A program made the translations under genes and the position numbers. Positions 12,000 to 22,655 of a stretch of 38,592 nt of DNA are shown here, in pieces (the first letter of the stretch is position 1; the number at the start of each line of letters is the position of its first letter). The notes beneath the pieces were generated by a model that saw only the letters and a list, made by a program, of their open reading frames with translations, was not told where the DNA came from and did not search any database. Source of the stretch: Octopus sinensis (taxonomy: Eukaryota); the NCBI RefSeq assembly GCF_006345805.1, contig NW_021835698.1:1-38592 (forward strand), written 5' to 3'.

Positions 12000-13430
12000 C
12001 ATATTCAGTTACATCAGGGAAACCAAAGTGCTTTTCAAGCATATAAATATATATGCAGGTATCCACATATAGTTGTATGTTATCATAACAAGTAGGGTTT
12101 TTCTTCAGAAGAAAGCTATTTTTGTGATTATGCAGTCAACATTTAAAGCATTAGATGTAACAATATATATATATATATATATATATTAGATGTGTGGAGG
12201 CGCAATGGCCCAGTGGTTTGGGCAGCGGACACGCGGTCGTAGGATCGTGGTTTCGATTCCCAGACCGGGCGTTGTGAGTGTTTATTGAGCGAAAACACCT
12301 AAAGCTCCACGAGGCTCCGGCAGGGGGTGGGTGGCGATCCCCGCTGTACTCTTTCGCCACAACTTTCTCTCACTCTTTCTTCTGTTGGCCTGCTCGCTTA
12401 GCCAGCGGGGTGGGGTCATTTGAAGGCTAAAACAATGCGAAGTGCATTGTGACCAGCGATGTGTAGCAACATCTGATAGCCTGGTCGGTTACGGTGATCA
12501 CGGTCACGGTGATATATTAGATGTAACACTATATACATTGTAGCAATATATACCTTGGGCATTAGTTCTACATTTGCAAGGCTTATTTCCACGATTCGCC
12601 ATGTGAGGGTTGTCAGGTGTAATTGTATTACTATCAATAATTTGTGTATCGTTACCTTTGTTATTTCATTTCATAGGTGGTTAGATGCATACGTAAGACT
12701 CGAACCTTTGGACTGATTGTTCGGTTTCGTTCTGTTAAATCTAGGTAAGTGTTCTGAAATATTAGGTGTTGTGGAGTATGTCGGTTAAATGTCTTGCTAT
12801 GCGCGATGGATACAGGTTTATCCAGAGCATGGGAGAATCCGGCTGCCATGTTGGATGAGATATTTAATCAGAAAGAAGAGTTAAACACTATCACGCTCCT
12901 CTTTCTCGGAATGCTTCCTACCAAACCGAACAGAAATTCTATTCTTCATATTATCAATTCTCACCTGTAAATCGCTCACAGGTATTCATCTTACAAAATT
13001 TATTGTTGCAATTATCACAGCAATTGATAATCTCATCATTTTTATCCTTATTGCTGCTATTTCTACTGTGTTTAGCAAGACGATTATGGTTATTATTGTT
13101 GTAGGATAATCCTTATCTGGATTATACTTAACAGAATTATTACCCTTAATACTCTCCTTATCTGTTGTGTTAATTTCTGTATTGTGTTGGTTTACCTTAT
13201 TATTGTTGATATCCTGCTGCTTTTAATCCTATTATTGCAGATGGTCCTTACGCTACTTTTCACTTTATTATTTAATATACGTATTCTTGATGTGAATGTT
13301 TTTCTAATAACATGATTATGACTGTTAATGCCATTATTAATAGCATTGTTATTAATGTTATCCTTAATATTATAAAAATTATTATTAATACATCTTGGCG
13401 ATAACTTCAATACTAAATTCCCTTATGGTC
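12000..13430 (-). mobile_element. Highly decayed Penelope-like element fragment, interrupted by a SINE
   Basis: Minus-strand translation gives RKRSVIVFNSSF*LNISSNM...LDKP...HSKTFNRHT / STTPNISEHL and PCKCRTN, matching the PLE linker and CxC motif of the + copy. An Asn-rich segment lies at ~13000-13420. Frameshifted and stopped. Confidence 0.65.
12194..12511 (+). mobile_element. Full-length tRNA-derived SINE (family C) with 13-bp TSD
   Basis: A box tggcccagtgg and B-box-like ggtttcgattccc; TSD atatattagatgt at 12181-12193 and 12512-12524. Confidence 0.85.
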
Positions 13431-14163
13431 AGGGCCCCATTGTCCACCTCGTGACCGATACGAGATCTACAGATGAGCCCACAGCGGCCGCAAGGAATTA
13501 CGTATGTTCTGCTTGGCTCCACGCTAATATAGTCCTTCCACCGGACTCTCCTTTCCTGGCTGACACGACGGCTTGCCTAAAATGCTCTGGTAGCTCGCTG
13601 GATGGTGCGGTGCCAAGTGCAGCGGTCAGTGGCCTGGGTGCTCCACTAGTGAGGGTCAATGTTACAAATTTTCAGGGTCTATTTTAGCATGCTTTTATAC
13701 TGCTTCTTGGGCGCAATAGCTGTTTCGACAGCCACAAGACAATTCTTCAAAGAATACTTTATACAAAACATTAGTTACTTTCAAATGTATTGAGTGCTTT
13801 ATTTGGCTGAACCCTTCAACAAACGAATATTACACAAGCACGCACACACCTGAGTGTAAACACCGATGTGTTATTTGTATTATAGACGTACGTATGAATT
13901 TGAAGCTACCAGTCACATGACTCCTTATAAATGAAGATATTTCCTCCGTCTGGTTGCTTTTCTCGCTACAAAAATGAAAGTTACAATGCGAAACAGTCAT
14001 TTTAACGAGTTGTATTTATTTATCACCCGACGAGATACATCTGCACCACCGGATGCTCCTGAAACAGTTGTTGAGTGTCCCACCCAAGAGGAATCTAGAT
14101 GTGTCGAAACAATTATCGGGATTAACAATAAATTCTCGTATATTCCATCTTCCGAATTTCATT

Positions 14164-14203
<40 letters not shown>

Positions 14204-14320
14204 GTGTCTGTGCGCGCGCACGCGTATGTATGTATGTATGTATGTATGTATGTAGTATGTATGTATAATATATATATATATTATATATGCGCGTGTGTGT
14301 GTGCGTGTATATATATGTAT

Positions 14321-14358
<38 letters not shown>

Positions 14359-14359
14359 G

Positions 14360-14872
14360 GCATAATTAAATCTCAGAATGAGATTGAAACAGTAATCGCT
14401 CGATAATGTAAAGTATAGAAGCCATCTTATCATGGCTAACCACATTGGGTAGGGGGTGTTACTGTAGCTTTATAGCCCCAAGAGATCGTCGTCTCTAGCT
14501 GGCTTTAGACACCATATCAGTGCCCTTGAAGTATTTGCAAAGGGAGGCCATCCCTTCCTCGCAAGCCTGAGTGATACGCTCGGACTAGTTTCGGGATTTT
14601 TGTCCCTTGTCAACGGGCGGTAACCACCAGGATGCGACGAAACTGAAGGCTTCCTTGCAAATATATAAGAGTTTTTCTAGTGGCGTCTCCCACTGATGTC
14701 GAAAAACTGACAGTAAGCATAATTAAATCTCAGAATGAGATTGAAACAGTAATCGCTCGATAATGTAAAGTATAGAAGCCATCTTATCATGGCTAACCAC
14801 ATAGGGGAGGGGGTGTTACTGTAGCTTTCCCCTATGTGGTTAGCCATGATAAGATGGCTTCTATACTTTACA
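14360..14872 (-). mobile_element. Non-autonomous PLE/retrozyme-like insert: 357-bp period with 112-bp direct repeats plus 44-bp terminal inversion
   Basis: 14360-14471 matches 14717-14828 (2 substitutions); 14829-14872 is the reverse complement of 14764-14807; HHR remnant inside; (TA)n on both sides. Confidence 0.75.
14577..14619 (-). ncRNA. Decayed type I hammerhead ribozyme
   Basis: Minus strand: cgcccg-TTGACAA (vs CTGACGA)-GGGA caaaaa TCCC-GAAAC-palindromic ACTAGT-C-cgagcg. Confidence 0.6.
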
Positions 14873-15041
14873 ATATATATATATATATATATAAATTTAT
14901 ATATAGAGGGCATATACATACATGCCAGAAGGCATTATACATACATGTCAAACGCTAAGAGGGACAATTAGTCATTTCTACCAAAAATATTACTAATCCC
15001 ACCGAATGCAATTTTTCAAAGTAAGACATTTAAAAAAATAT

Positions 15042-15089
15042 AGACCTGTATCACAGTGATTTCATACTTACGTACTCATCAGCAGGCCT
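15042..15089 (-). ncRNA. Type I hammerhead ribozyme, monomer 1
   Basis: Minus strand reads AGGCCUG CUGAUGA GUAC GUAA GUAU GAA AUCAC U GUGAU A CAGGUCU: 7-bp stem I, intact core, stem II with GNRA loop, stem III with a 1-nt loop. Confidence 0.88.
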
Positions 15090-15519
15090 GAATGTATTAT
15101 AATAAACAACGACCCTGCCCCGCTTAAGCCGATCAGCTAACTGCTCGACATCAACGAAGCACATGGGTGAGTTTACATATATTACATCCGGATAAATGGC
15201 AAACTTTTACGAATTGCATTTCGGGAGAGGAAAAGTTTTTTCGGAATAAAAATTTAGCAATTAGGACAACTACTTAATAAGGAAAACTTAACAAGAAATT
15301 GTCAGGTAGATAGCGTAAAAACCTCATAAGAGAAAAAATTTCGAAAATAATTATTTCTTATTGAACATATTAATTTATATATAGAGGGCATTATACATAC
15401 ATGCCAGAAGGCATTATACATACATGCCAAACGCTAAGAGGGACAATTAGTCATTTCTACCAAAAATATTACTAATCCCACCGAATGCAATTTCTCAAAG
15501 TAAGACATTTAAAAAATAG

Positions 15520-15567
15520 AGACCTGTATCACAGTGATTTCATACTTACGTACTCATCAGCAGGCCT
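15520..15567 (-). ncRNA. Type I hammerhead ribozyme, monomer 2
   Basis: Identical 48-nt motif, 478 bp from monomer 1. Confidence 0.88.
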
Positions 15568-15994
15568 GAATGTATTATAAATAAACAACGACCCTGCCCC
15601 GCTTAAGCCGATCAGCTAACTGCTCGACATCAACGAAGCACATGGGTGAGTTTACATATATTACATCCGGATAAATGGCAAACTTTTACGAATTGCATTT
15701 CGGGAGAGGAAAATTTTTTCGGAATAAAAATTTAGCAATTAAGGACAACTACTTAATAAGAAACTTAACAAGAAATTGTCAGGTAGATAGCGTAAAAACC
15801 TCATAAGAGAAAAAATTTCGAAAATAATTATTTCTTATTGAACATATTATTTATATATAGAGGGCATTATACATACATGCCAGAAGGCATTATACATACA
15901 TGCCAAACGCTAAGAGGGACAATTAGTCATTTCTACCAAAAATATTACTAATCCCACCGAATGCAATTTTTCAAAGTAAGACATTTAAAAAAAT

Positions 15995-16042
15995 AGACCT
16001 GTATCACAGTGATTTCATACTTACGTACTCATCAGCAGGCCT
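15995..16042 (-). ncRNA. Type I hammerhead ribozyme, monomer 3
   Basis: Identical 48-nt motif, 475 bp from monomer 2. Confidence 0.88.
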
Positions 16043-16272
16043 GAATGTATTATAAATAAACAACGACCCTGCCCCGCTTAAGCCGATCAGCTAACTGCTC
16101 GACATCAACGAAGCACATGGGTGAGTTTACATATATTACATCCGGATAAATGGCAAACTTTTACGAATTGCATTTCGGGAGAGGAAAAGTTTTTTCGGAA
16201 TAAAAATTTAGCAATTAAGGACAACTACTTAATAAGGAAAACTTAACAAGAAATTGTATTTATAATACATTC

Positions 16273-16320
16273 AGGCCTGCTGATGAGTACGTAAGTATGA
16301 AATCACTGTGATACAGGTCT
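16273..16320 (+). ncRNA. Type I hammerhead ribozyme in the inverted copy
   Basis: aggcctgctgatgagtacgtaagtatgaaatcactgtgatacaggtct; predicted cleavage after A16313 (AUA). Confidence 0.88.
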
Positions 16321-16587
16321 ATATTTTTTAAATGTCTTACTTTGAAAAATTGCATTCGGTGGGATTAGTAATATTTTTGGTAGAAATGACTAATTGTCCC
16401 TCTTAGCGTTTGGCATGTATGTATAATGCCTTCTGGCATGTATGTATAATGCCCTCTATATATAAATTAATATGTTCAATAAGAAATAATTATTTTCGAA
16501 ATTTTTTCTCTTATGAGGTTTTTACGCTATCTACCTGACAATTTCTTGTTAAGTTTTCCTTATTAAGTAGTTGTCCTTAATTGCTAA

Positions 16588-16624
<37 letters not shown>

Positions 16625-16694
16625 GGTCCCGGGTTGAGTCGGGGTTAACCACAGTAAATAAGGTACTCAATACATTGCAGAGTAAATTAATTTA

Positions 16695-16816
16695 TTTTCT
16701 AGAAGGAGCTTCTACAGGACTAGAACTGTTTCATTCAAATGAAATCATCAGGAAGCTTCCTGGTGATTTCATTTGAATGAAACAGTACTAGTCCTGTAGA
16801 AGCCCCTTCTAGAAAA
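16695..16816. repeat. 122-bp loopless palindrome made of two head-to-head HHR-like motifs
   Basis: 61-bp arms centred on aagctt (16753-16758) with 3 mismatches. Confidence 0.95.
16707..16757 (-). ncRNA. Hammerhead-like motif (left arm of the palindrome)
   Basis: Minus strand: agcttc-CTGATGA-tttcatttgaat-GAA-ACAG ttctagtc CTGT-A-gaagct. Stem II is weak (U-U at its base). The + arm copy has CTGGTGA. Confidence 0.6.
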
Positions 16817-17734
16817 AATATATATATATAGACACGCACACACACACACACACACACACTTAACTATCTCTATATCTGAATCTACCCATTTGCGCGCGAC
16901 TCTTTTTCCTCGTGTGCTTCTGTTGTAAAGAGCGACAAGGCAAGAGATGCAGAGGGGGAGGCAGGGGGGGAGAGAACCAGTGAAAGTGGAAGGAGTCACT
17001 GAAGGGGATCGGTGGGAGCAGATCTGGTCACGTGTCAGTTTGTTATGACTGAACCCGGTCTTTGTGTGTGTGTGTGTGTGTGCACGCGCGTCTTTCTGCA
17101 TGTCTCTGTATGCGCATGCGTCGTTCATAGACCACTTAAAACGACTGTGTGTGTGTGTTTGTTCATGTGTATCTATGTGTGTGTGTGTGTGTGTGCGTGC
17201 TTCTATACCTGTGTATGTTCGTGTATGTATGCTTGTGTATATCTGTTTATCCGCAGCTGCATGCATGTGTGTGTGTGTGTGCCCTCATCTATGTCTGTCT
17301 CTATATACGCCCGTGTGATTGTTTGCTTGTGTCTGTGTGTGTGTGTGTTTGCCAACGCCTTCCTTTCCCTTCTATTCCCTCCCCCCCCCGTTCGTCCCCT
17401 TTTTTTTCACTAACTCCTTTGTTTTGCTCTCCATTTCCCGCCACACTTTAAACCCAACCCTCCACCCCACCCGTCCCTTCCTGTATCTCCTTAGTAGCGG
17501 ACCTCCCCCGCCCCTCAACCATCACCATCACTTCATTGCCATTTCACCCCCATCCCCACCACCAACCACCACCACCACCACCGCCACCACCACCACCACA
17601 CCACCACCACCACCACTACCACCATCACCACCGCCACCACCACCTCACCACCATACTAATCCCTGACTCACAGTCACTCTTTGACTCATATCGTTTCTAT
17701 ATGCATCTGTTTTCATCCACGCAAATATATTTAT

Positions 17735-17777
<43 letters not shown>

Positions 17778-17826
17778 GATGCACAAACAGCTGCACCTAT
17801 ACGTGCATACATGTTGTTACATATAT

Positions 17827-17858
<32 letters not shown>

Positions 17859-18755
17859 GTGTATATATAGGCATATATATGTGTGTTTGTGTGTGTATAT
17901 GCATGTATGTGCACGCAAAAGTGATATTCTGTTTATGCTCGTATTCCTTCGTGATTCTATGTGTGTGTGTTCGCGCCCACGCATGTGCGCACACACACAC
18001 ACGTGCACACACGCACGCACGACTGTATCCCTGCATGTAGGTGTAATACTTTGACTGAGATGTATGGCTACGTGGGGGGGGGCATGGGGGAGGGGGAGGG
18101 CTGTACGCGCACGCACGCGCAACCGTTGCAGCCTCACTTTCATGCGAATCGTCTCGTGCTCCTACCTGCGACTCTGCGCGTGTGTGTGCGCGCGCTCGTG
18201 TCTGTGTGTCCGTGTGTCCTTTCATTTTGAATCTCTCTCTACGCAGATCTCTATTTTATGTCTGGTGTTGTTTCTGTTGTTATTTAGCCCTGGGTGAGAT
18301 GCGGATGAACAGATCTACGGTGAAATGTATTCCAGCTGTGACCATCCCGTTTATACCGTTTGGACATCAAACATCTCAGACAACGTTTATTTATGGGAAA
18401 TTTAGCTGCTATTTCTTGTAGTGTTTTTGACTACGTAGAGTCTATCGCAAGAGCGTATGCGCGTGTGCATAAGTGTGTGTGTGTGTGGGTGTGTGCGTGT
18501 GGGTGTGATTGTATGCGTGCGTGTGTTCATGTGTGTGTGTTTGCGCGCGTGTGTGTATGTGTGTGCATGCGTGCGTGCATGTGTGTGTGTGTGACGGTGT
18601 CAGCCTGTTTTGCAATGTTTGAACACATCTCAGTGCAAATGTGTGGTCTTATATTTGTTCTTTGTTTCTGTGTGTGCAGATACATATATTCATACGTATA
18701 CGTATATACACACACGAATATGCGTGTATATATATATATATATACGTACGTACGT

Positions 18756-18798
<43 letters not shown>

Positions 18799-18804
18799 AT
18801 ATAT

Positions 18805-18842
<38 letters not shown>

Positions 18843-18850
18843 CGGACATA

Positions 18851-18887
<37 letters not shown>

Positions 18888-20544
18888 TTGTATGTGTGTG
18901 TGTGTACGTTTGAATTTATGAGACGCAACACAAACTGCTGGTTATTCGTTATGGTCTCCATGTTTGGCGTCAAAGCCAAGAATTCACCAAATTCGTGTGA
19001 TCTACTCAAGATGATTCTTACAAATTAAGCACTAATACCCCCACCCCCCTACACTGTCTACTTTCATTTTGTGGGAAGCAAGAACAGCAACGAGGATAAA
19101 TGCTAAAGTATAAAACAAGTTGCTTCCCTTTATACGTGCATGTAGCGCAAAATCAATAGTTTGCATTGCTTCGTAGACATACTTCAAAGCCTAGTATGTG
19201 CACCACATTATGATGCACATTATCAAACGTTAAAAGTTATCATATATTATATACATACGTCTCCATATATATACATATATATATTATTGACATATTTCGC
19301 ACGGCGTCTGACGAAATGAAATGGATATTTTGTATAATAATTATGCAACATTACATCATGTCATCTTTCTGTCTGCATATGTATCGTAGAAGTAAACCAG
19401 AAATAACCATTCTCTTGGAACCGTTCGTCTTCAACATCTTCTCCGTTGCCAATTCATTTATGATTAAATACTCTGCGATAACCGTACAACACTTGGTTGC
19501 CATACGAGCGTTGGATTTGCAGATTTCTTAATAACTACTAATTAATGAATAATTCTTTAACTGGTTGAGTAATGAGATGTACTATTAGTACCCCTATTTA
19601 ACTATTTCCTTAGCCCACATGAACTGTAACATACATGCACGCGCACATGCACGCCCACGCATAATGTATTGATGAGATTAGCACATAATACTCCATCCAA
19701 TGAGAGATAAAAATCTTTTAATACGCACAGGATTTATATCAGATATCACAAGTCTCATGCGTACGCTAGAACAACAATCAGACGAGCTTGTATAGCGTGC
19801 CGTGTACAACCATGCCATCCTTCAGATGAGAAATAAAACATACAACAGACTAGAAATACAACACACAACACACTTTCTGAGAAATAACGAGAAAGAACGA
19901 AAAACGTGGAAGGAAGGTATATAAGAATTGTGTCCCTTTGATACCTTAGAAATAGAATTAACAAAGAATGGTGTGGGTATTTCGGAGAGGGAAGGTTAAA
20001 GTTTGTGAGACTATAAGTTTAATTCGGGTAGGGTGCTGTTCTCCAGTTCGATAACAGAAATTTATTCTGGTGCTTGCATTTAGCAAAACACTCGGATCCA
20101 TGATTTGGTAGGTTTGAAAAGGATATGAGTTCTTTTGGCTATACATAGCGTGTACCTCCTTGATTCAGTAACATATGGCGTGGAATATTTTACCTTGCTC
20201 CTCGATCCATGCCATGTTAACGGACCAAGGAGGTGCAATCTAAGTAGAGTAGAAAGAAATCATATCAGTTTTAAATCTAAGAACTTTAATGACCTATTGA
20301 ATTCTAAATCTGAAAATTTTACCAACTAGAATTTGCTGAATTTAGAAAATTAAAGAAAGAGGCATACATACATACATAATACATACATACATACGCACAC
20401 ACATACATAATACATACATACACACACACATACATACACACATACATACATACATACATACATACATACATACATACATACATACATACATACATACATG
20501 TGTATATGTTTGTGTGCGTGTTGTATATATATATATATATATAT

Positions 20545-20985
20545 ATATGACACCGCTAGAAAAAACTGCTGTTTTTTCTAGCGGTGTCATATGAAATTGT
20601 CACCCATAATTATGACCCTAGTATCGATCTATTGCATTTCAATCTATTTTAGATTTAGGGTTAGTTAGGGTTAGGGTTAGGGTTAGAGGTGGGGGAAGGG
20701 TATCTTTTTTTCTTCACAAATGTAAATAAACCCAATCTGTTTCTTAAATGAGGGACATATTCATACGGCACAGAATGTTTTCATCTCAATAGACGGTCAT
20801 TGATTAGTTGAAATTGCCGAAATGCAAGGAATTAAAGACCAAATATCTTACAAACTATAGAATTTTCTCAATAAAGCCAAGAGAAAAAGATGTTTTATAA
20901 ACACATTCTACCAGTATACGAAGTTTAAAATTCTTTAGTTACCTAGAAATTATGTTAAAAACTGGCGTTCAAACCGAAAAGATCC
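20545..20985 (+). mobile_element. Unclassified dispersed-repeat-like element starting with a perfect 22-bp hairpin and containing a short (TTAGGG)n run
   Basis: Hairpin arms 20545-20566 and 20571-20592 with loop tgct; ttaggg run at 20655-20686; follows (TA)n. Right boundary and class are uncertain. Confidence 0.5.
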
Positions 20986-21178
20986 CGGAATTACAGGTCA
21001 ATAACACATATTGAGTAAATTTTTAAAGAATTCAATATTCAATATGCTCAATTTTTGGCATGGATAAATAAAAATATCAATTTACTTACATCTGTGAGAT
21101 TTACGAGAAGACGCAGCTCTCCTCTCTGACTTGTGAGCAAAGACGGATTTCTTTATTTGTCAATACAAGACGAACATT

Positions 21179-21303
21179 GAGGGGACGAACATGGACACCA
21201 CAACACATAGAGGGGACGAACATGGACACCACAACACAGAGGGGACGAACATGGACACCACAACACATAGAGGGGACGAACATGGACACCACAACACATA
21301 GAG
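21179..21303 (+). repeat. 31-bp minisatellite x4
   Basis: gaggggacgaacatggacaccacaacacata; the second unit is 29 bp. Confidence 0.95.
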
Positions 21304-22592
21304 TTTGTTACAATGAAGTCGTTTTTTAAAAAATTATATAGAATATGAATAAAATAAAAGTCGAAGATGAATAAAAACCGGAAAATCGAAGTAATATAAA
21401 AATCAGGTACGGGGTTCTAATCAACCCGTCGGCAGTTTCCACACCTTTTTTTCCCCCGTTATTTTTCCTTTTTTCCTTGTGAGCAAACACTGAGATAGAA
21501 CCACGTGGTCTTGGTTATATATGCGTTTTAGAGGAATCCAATTAATTGGTGACTGCCTCAACTTAATTATAATTTATATTTCTTTCGTAATGTATGCCGA
21601 AAAATTGTCCAATGCATTGGACCAAGTGACTGAAGGGGTTAAAACAAATTCTTCTTCGTCACTGAGTGCACGATGCAAAAGTAAGTAAGGTCTGTGTATT
21701 GCAAGTTCGATTCTAAATTTCACAAAATGAAGCGAGAGTGAATTTATTTCGTTCAACGATGTTTTTATTGCGGAAGAAACTGCGCCCCCCCTCGGCACTT
21801 TAGCTACTATTTCTCTCAAGTAGTCTGCTGCCTCTTACTCAATATTAAATGTACAAAGGCGGTTGAATGCTAACGTAATTTCTCTTTTTCGATATGAGTT
21901 CAAATCCCGGCGCAGTTCACTTTACAATTTTTTTGTTTCTTCAACTAGATTCGTCTGGCTTGTTCTTTTAGCATTTAGCTGACCGTCTCTCTGGAACTGT
22001 CCTGTATTTAGTTTCATTTGTAATCGAAATAATATTGATGAAATGATAACATTTCTCCACTTATGAAAAACTTATTAAAAACCTATGAAAAACATTGTGT
22101 TGTTTATTATCTCTTTCTTTATTTTGTGTTGTTTATTATCGAACTGATAGAATCCTCGATGGATTCCGGCTGTGATTAATCGAATTTCAGCCGCGCCACA
22201 TTCTTCGTATTTATTGTTTTTTTCAGTCATTTTGTCCAAAACTACTTTGGAAATTCCCGAACACGAAAGTCTCTGGTGTTCTACAGCTTTCTTGACAATT
22301 GCTTGTTTCTTTTAAAAGCAACAACAACAACCCCATTTTAAAAAAATAACTGGCGTTCCGTCGGCTGCCACGATACGTGTTCCTCTTGATTCGATCAACG
22401 AAACTGTATCCTCGTGAAATTAACGTGCAAGTGGCTGAGTATTCCACAGAGACACGTAACCCTAACATAGTTCTTCAGTGTGACAGAGGATGTGACAACG
22501 CTAGCTCTTTGAATTACAGCTACGAGTTATTTTTGCCAGCCAAGTGGACTGGGGCAGCGTGAAATAAAGTAACTTGCTGAAGGAGATAACAC

Positions 22593-22655
22593 AGCGTCGG
22601 AAATTGAACACACGGCCTTCCGATCGCGAGTCGAAAACCCAAACCAATAAGCGAC
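22593..22655 (-). mobile_element. Decayed tRNA-like SINE head
   Basis: Minus strand ggtttgggttttcgactcgcgatcggaaggccgtgtgttcaatttcc has a tRNA-like layout with a B-box remnant. Confidence 0.4.

Larger units (their letters stand above)
14894..16595 (-). mobile_element. Tandem array of ~477-bp HHR-containing monomers (~2.85 copies) plus ~340-bp inverted copy; non-LTR retrozyme / PLE pLTR-like
   Basis: Units start at ~14894, 15372 and ~15849 and are nearly identical; the inversion spans ~16258-16595; each copy has an HHR; no ORF of 60 aa or more lies within it in the track; (TA)n flanks both ends. Confidence 0.88.

Noticed and set aside
12194-12280. tRNA gene
   Set aside because: The tRNA-like head continues into a SINE body with a TSD and has no complete cloverleaf.
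13712-13752. Minus-strand HHR-like remnant (ttgaaga...gtcGAAACAGCTAT) upstream of the decayed PLE
   Set aside because: Core, stem II and stem III are all mutated; plausible by position but not supportable.
14894-16595. Array as a CRISPR or an ordinary satellite
   Set aside because: The units are near-identical with no unique spacers, and the context is eukaryotic. The embedded HHR and terminal inversion point to a retroelement origin.
20655-20686. True telomere or chromosome end
   Set aside because: Only about 5 imperfect units, embedded internally.
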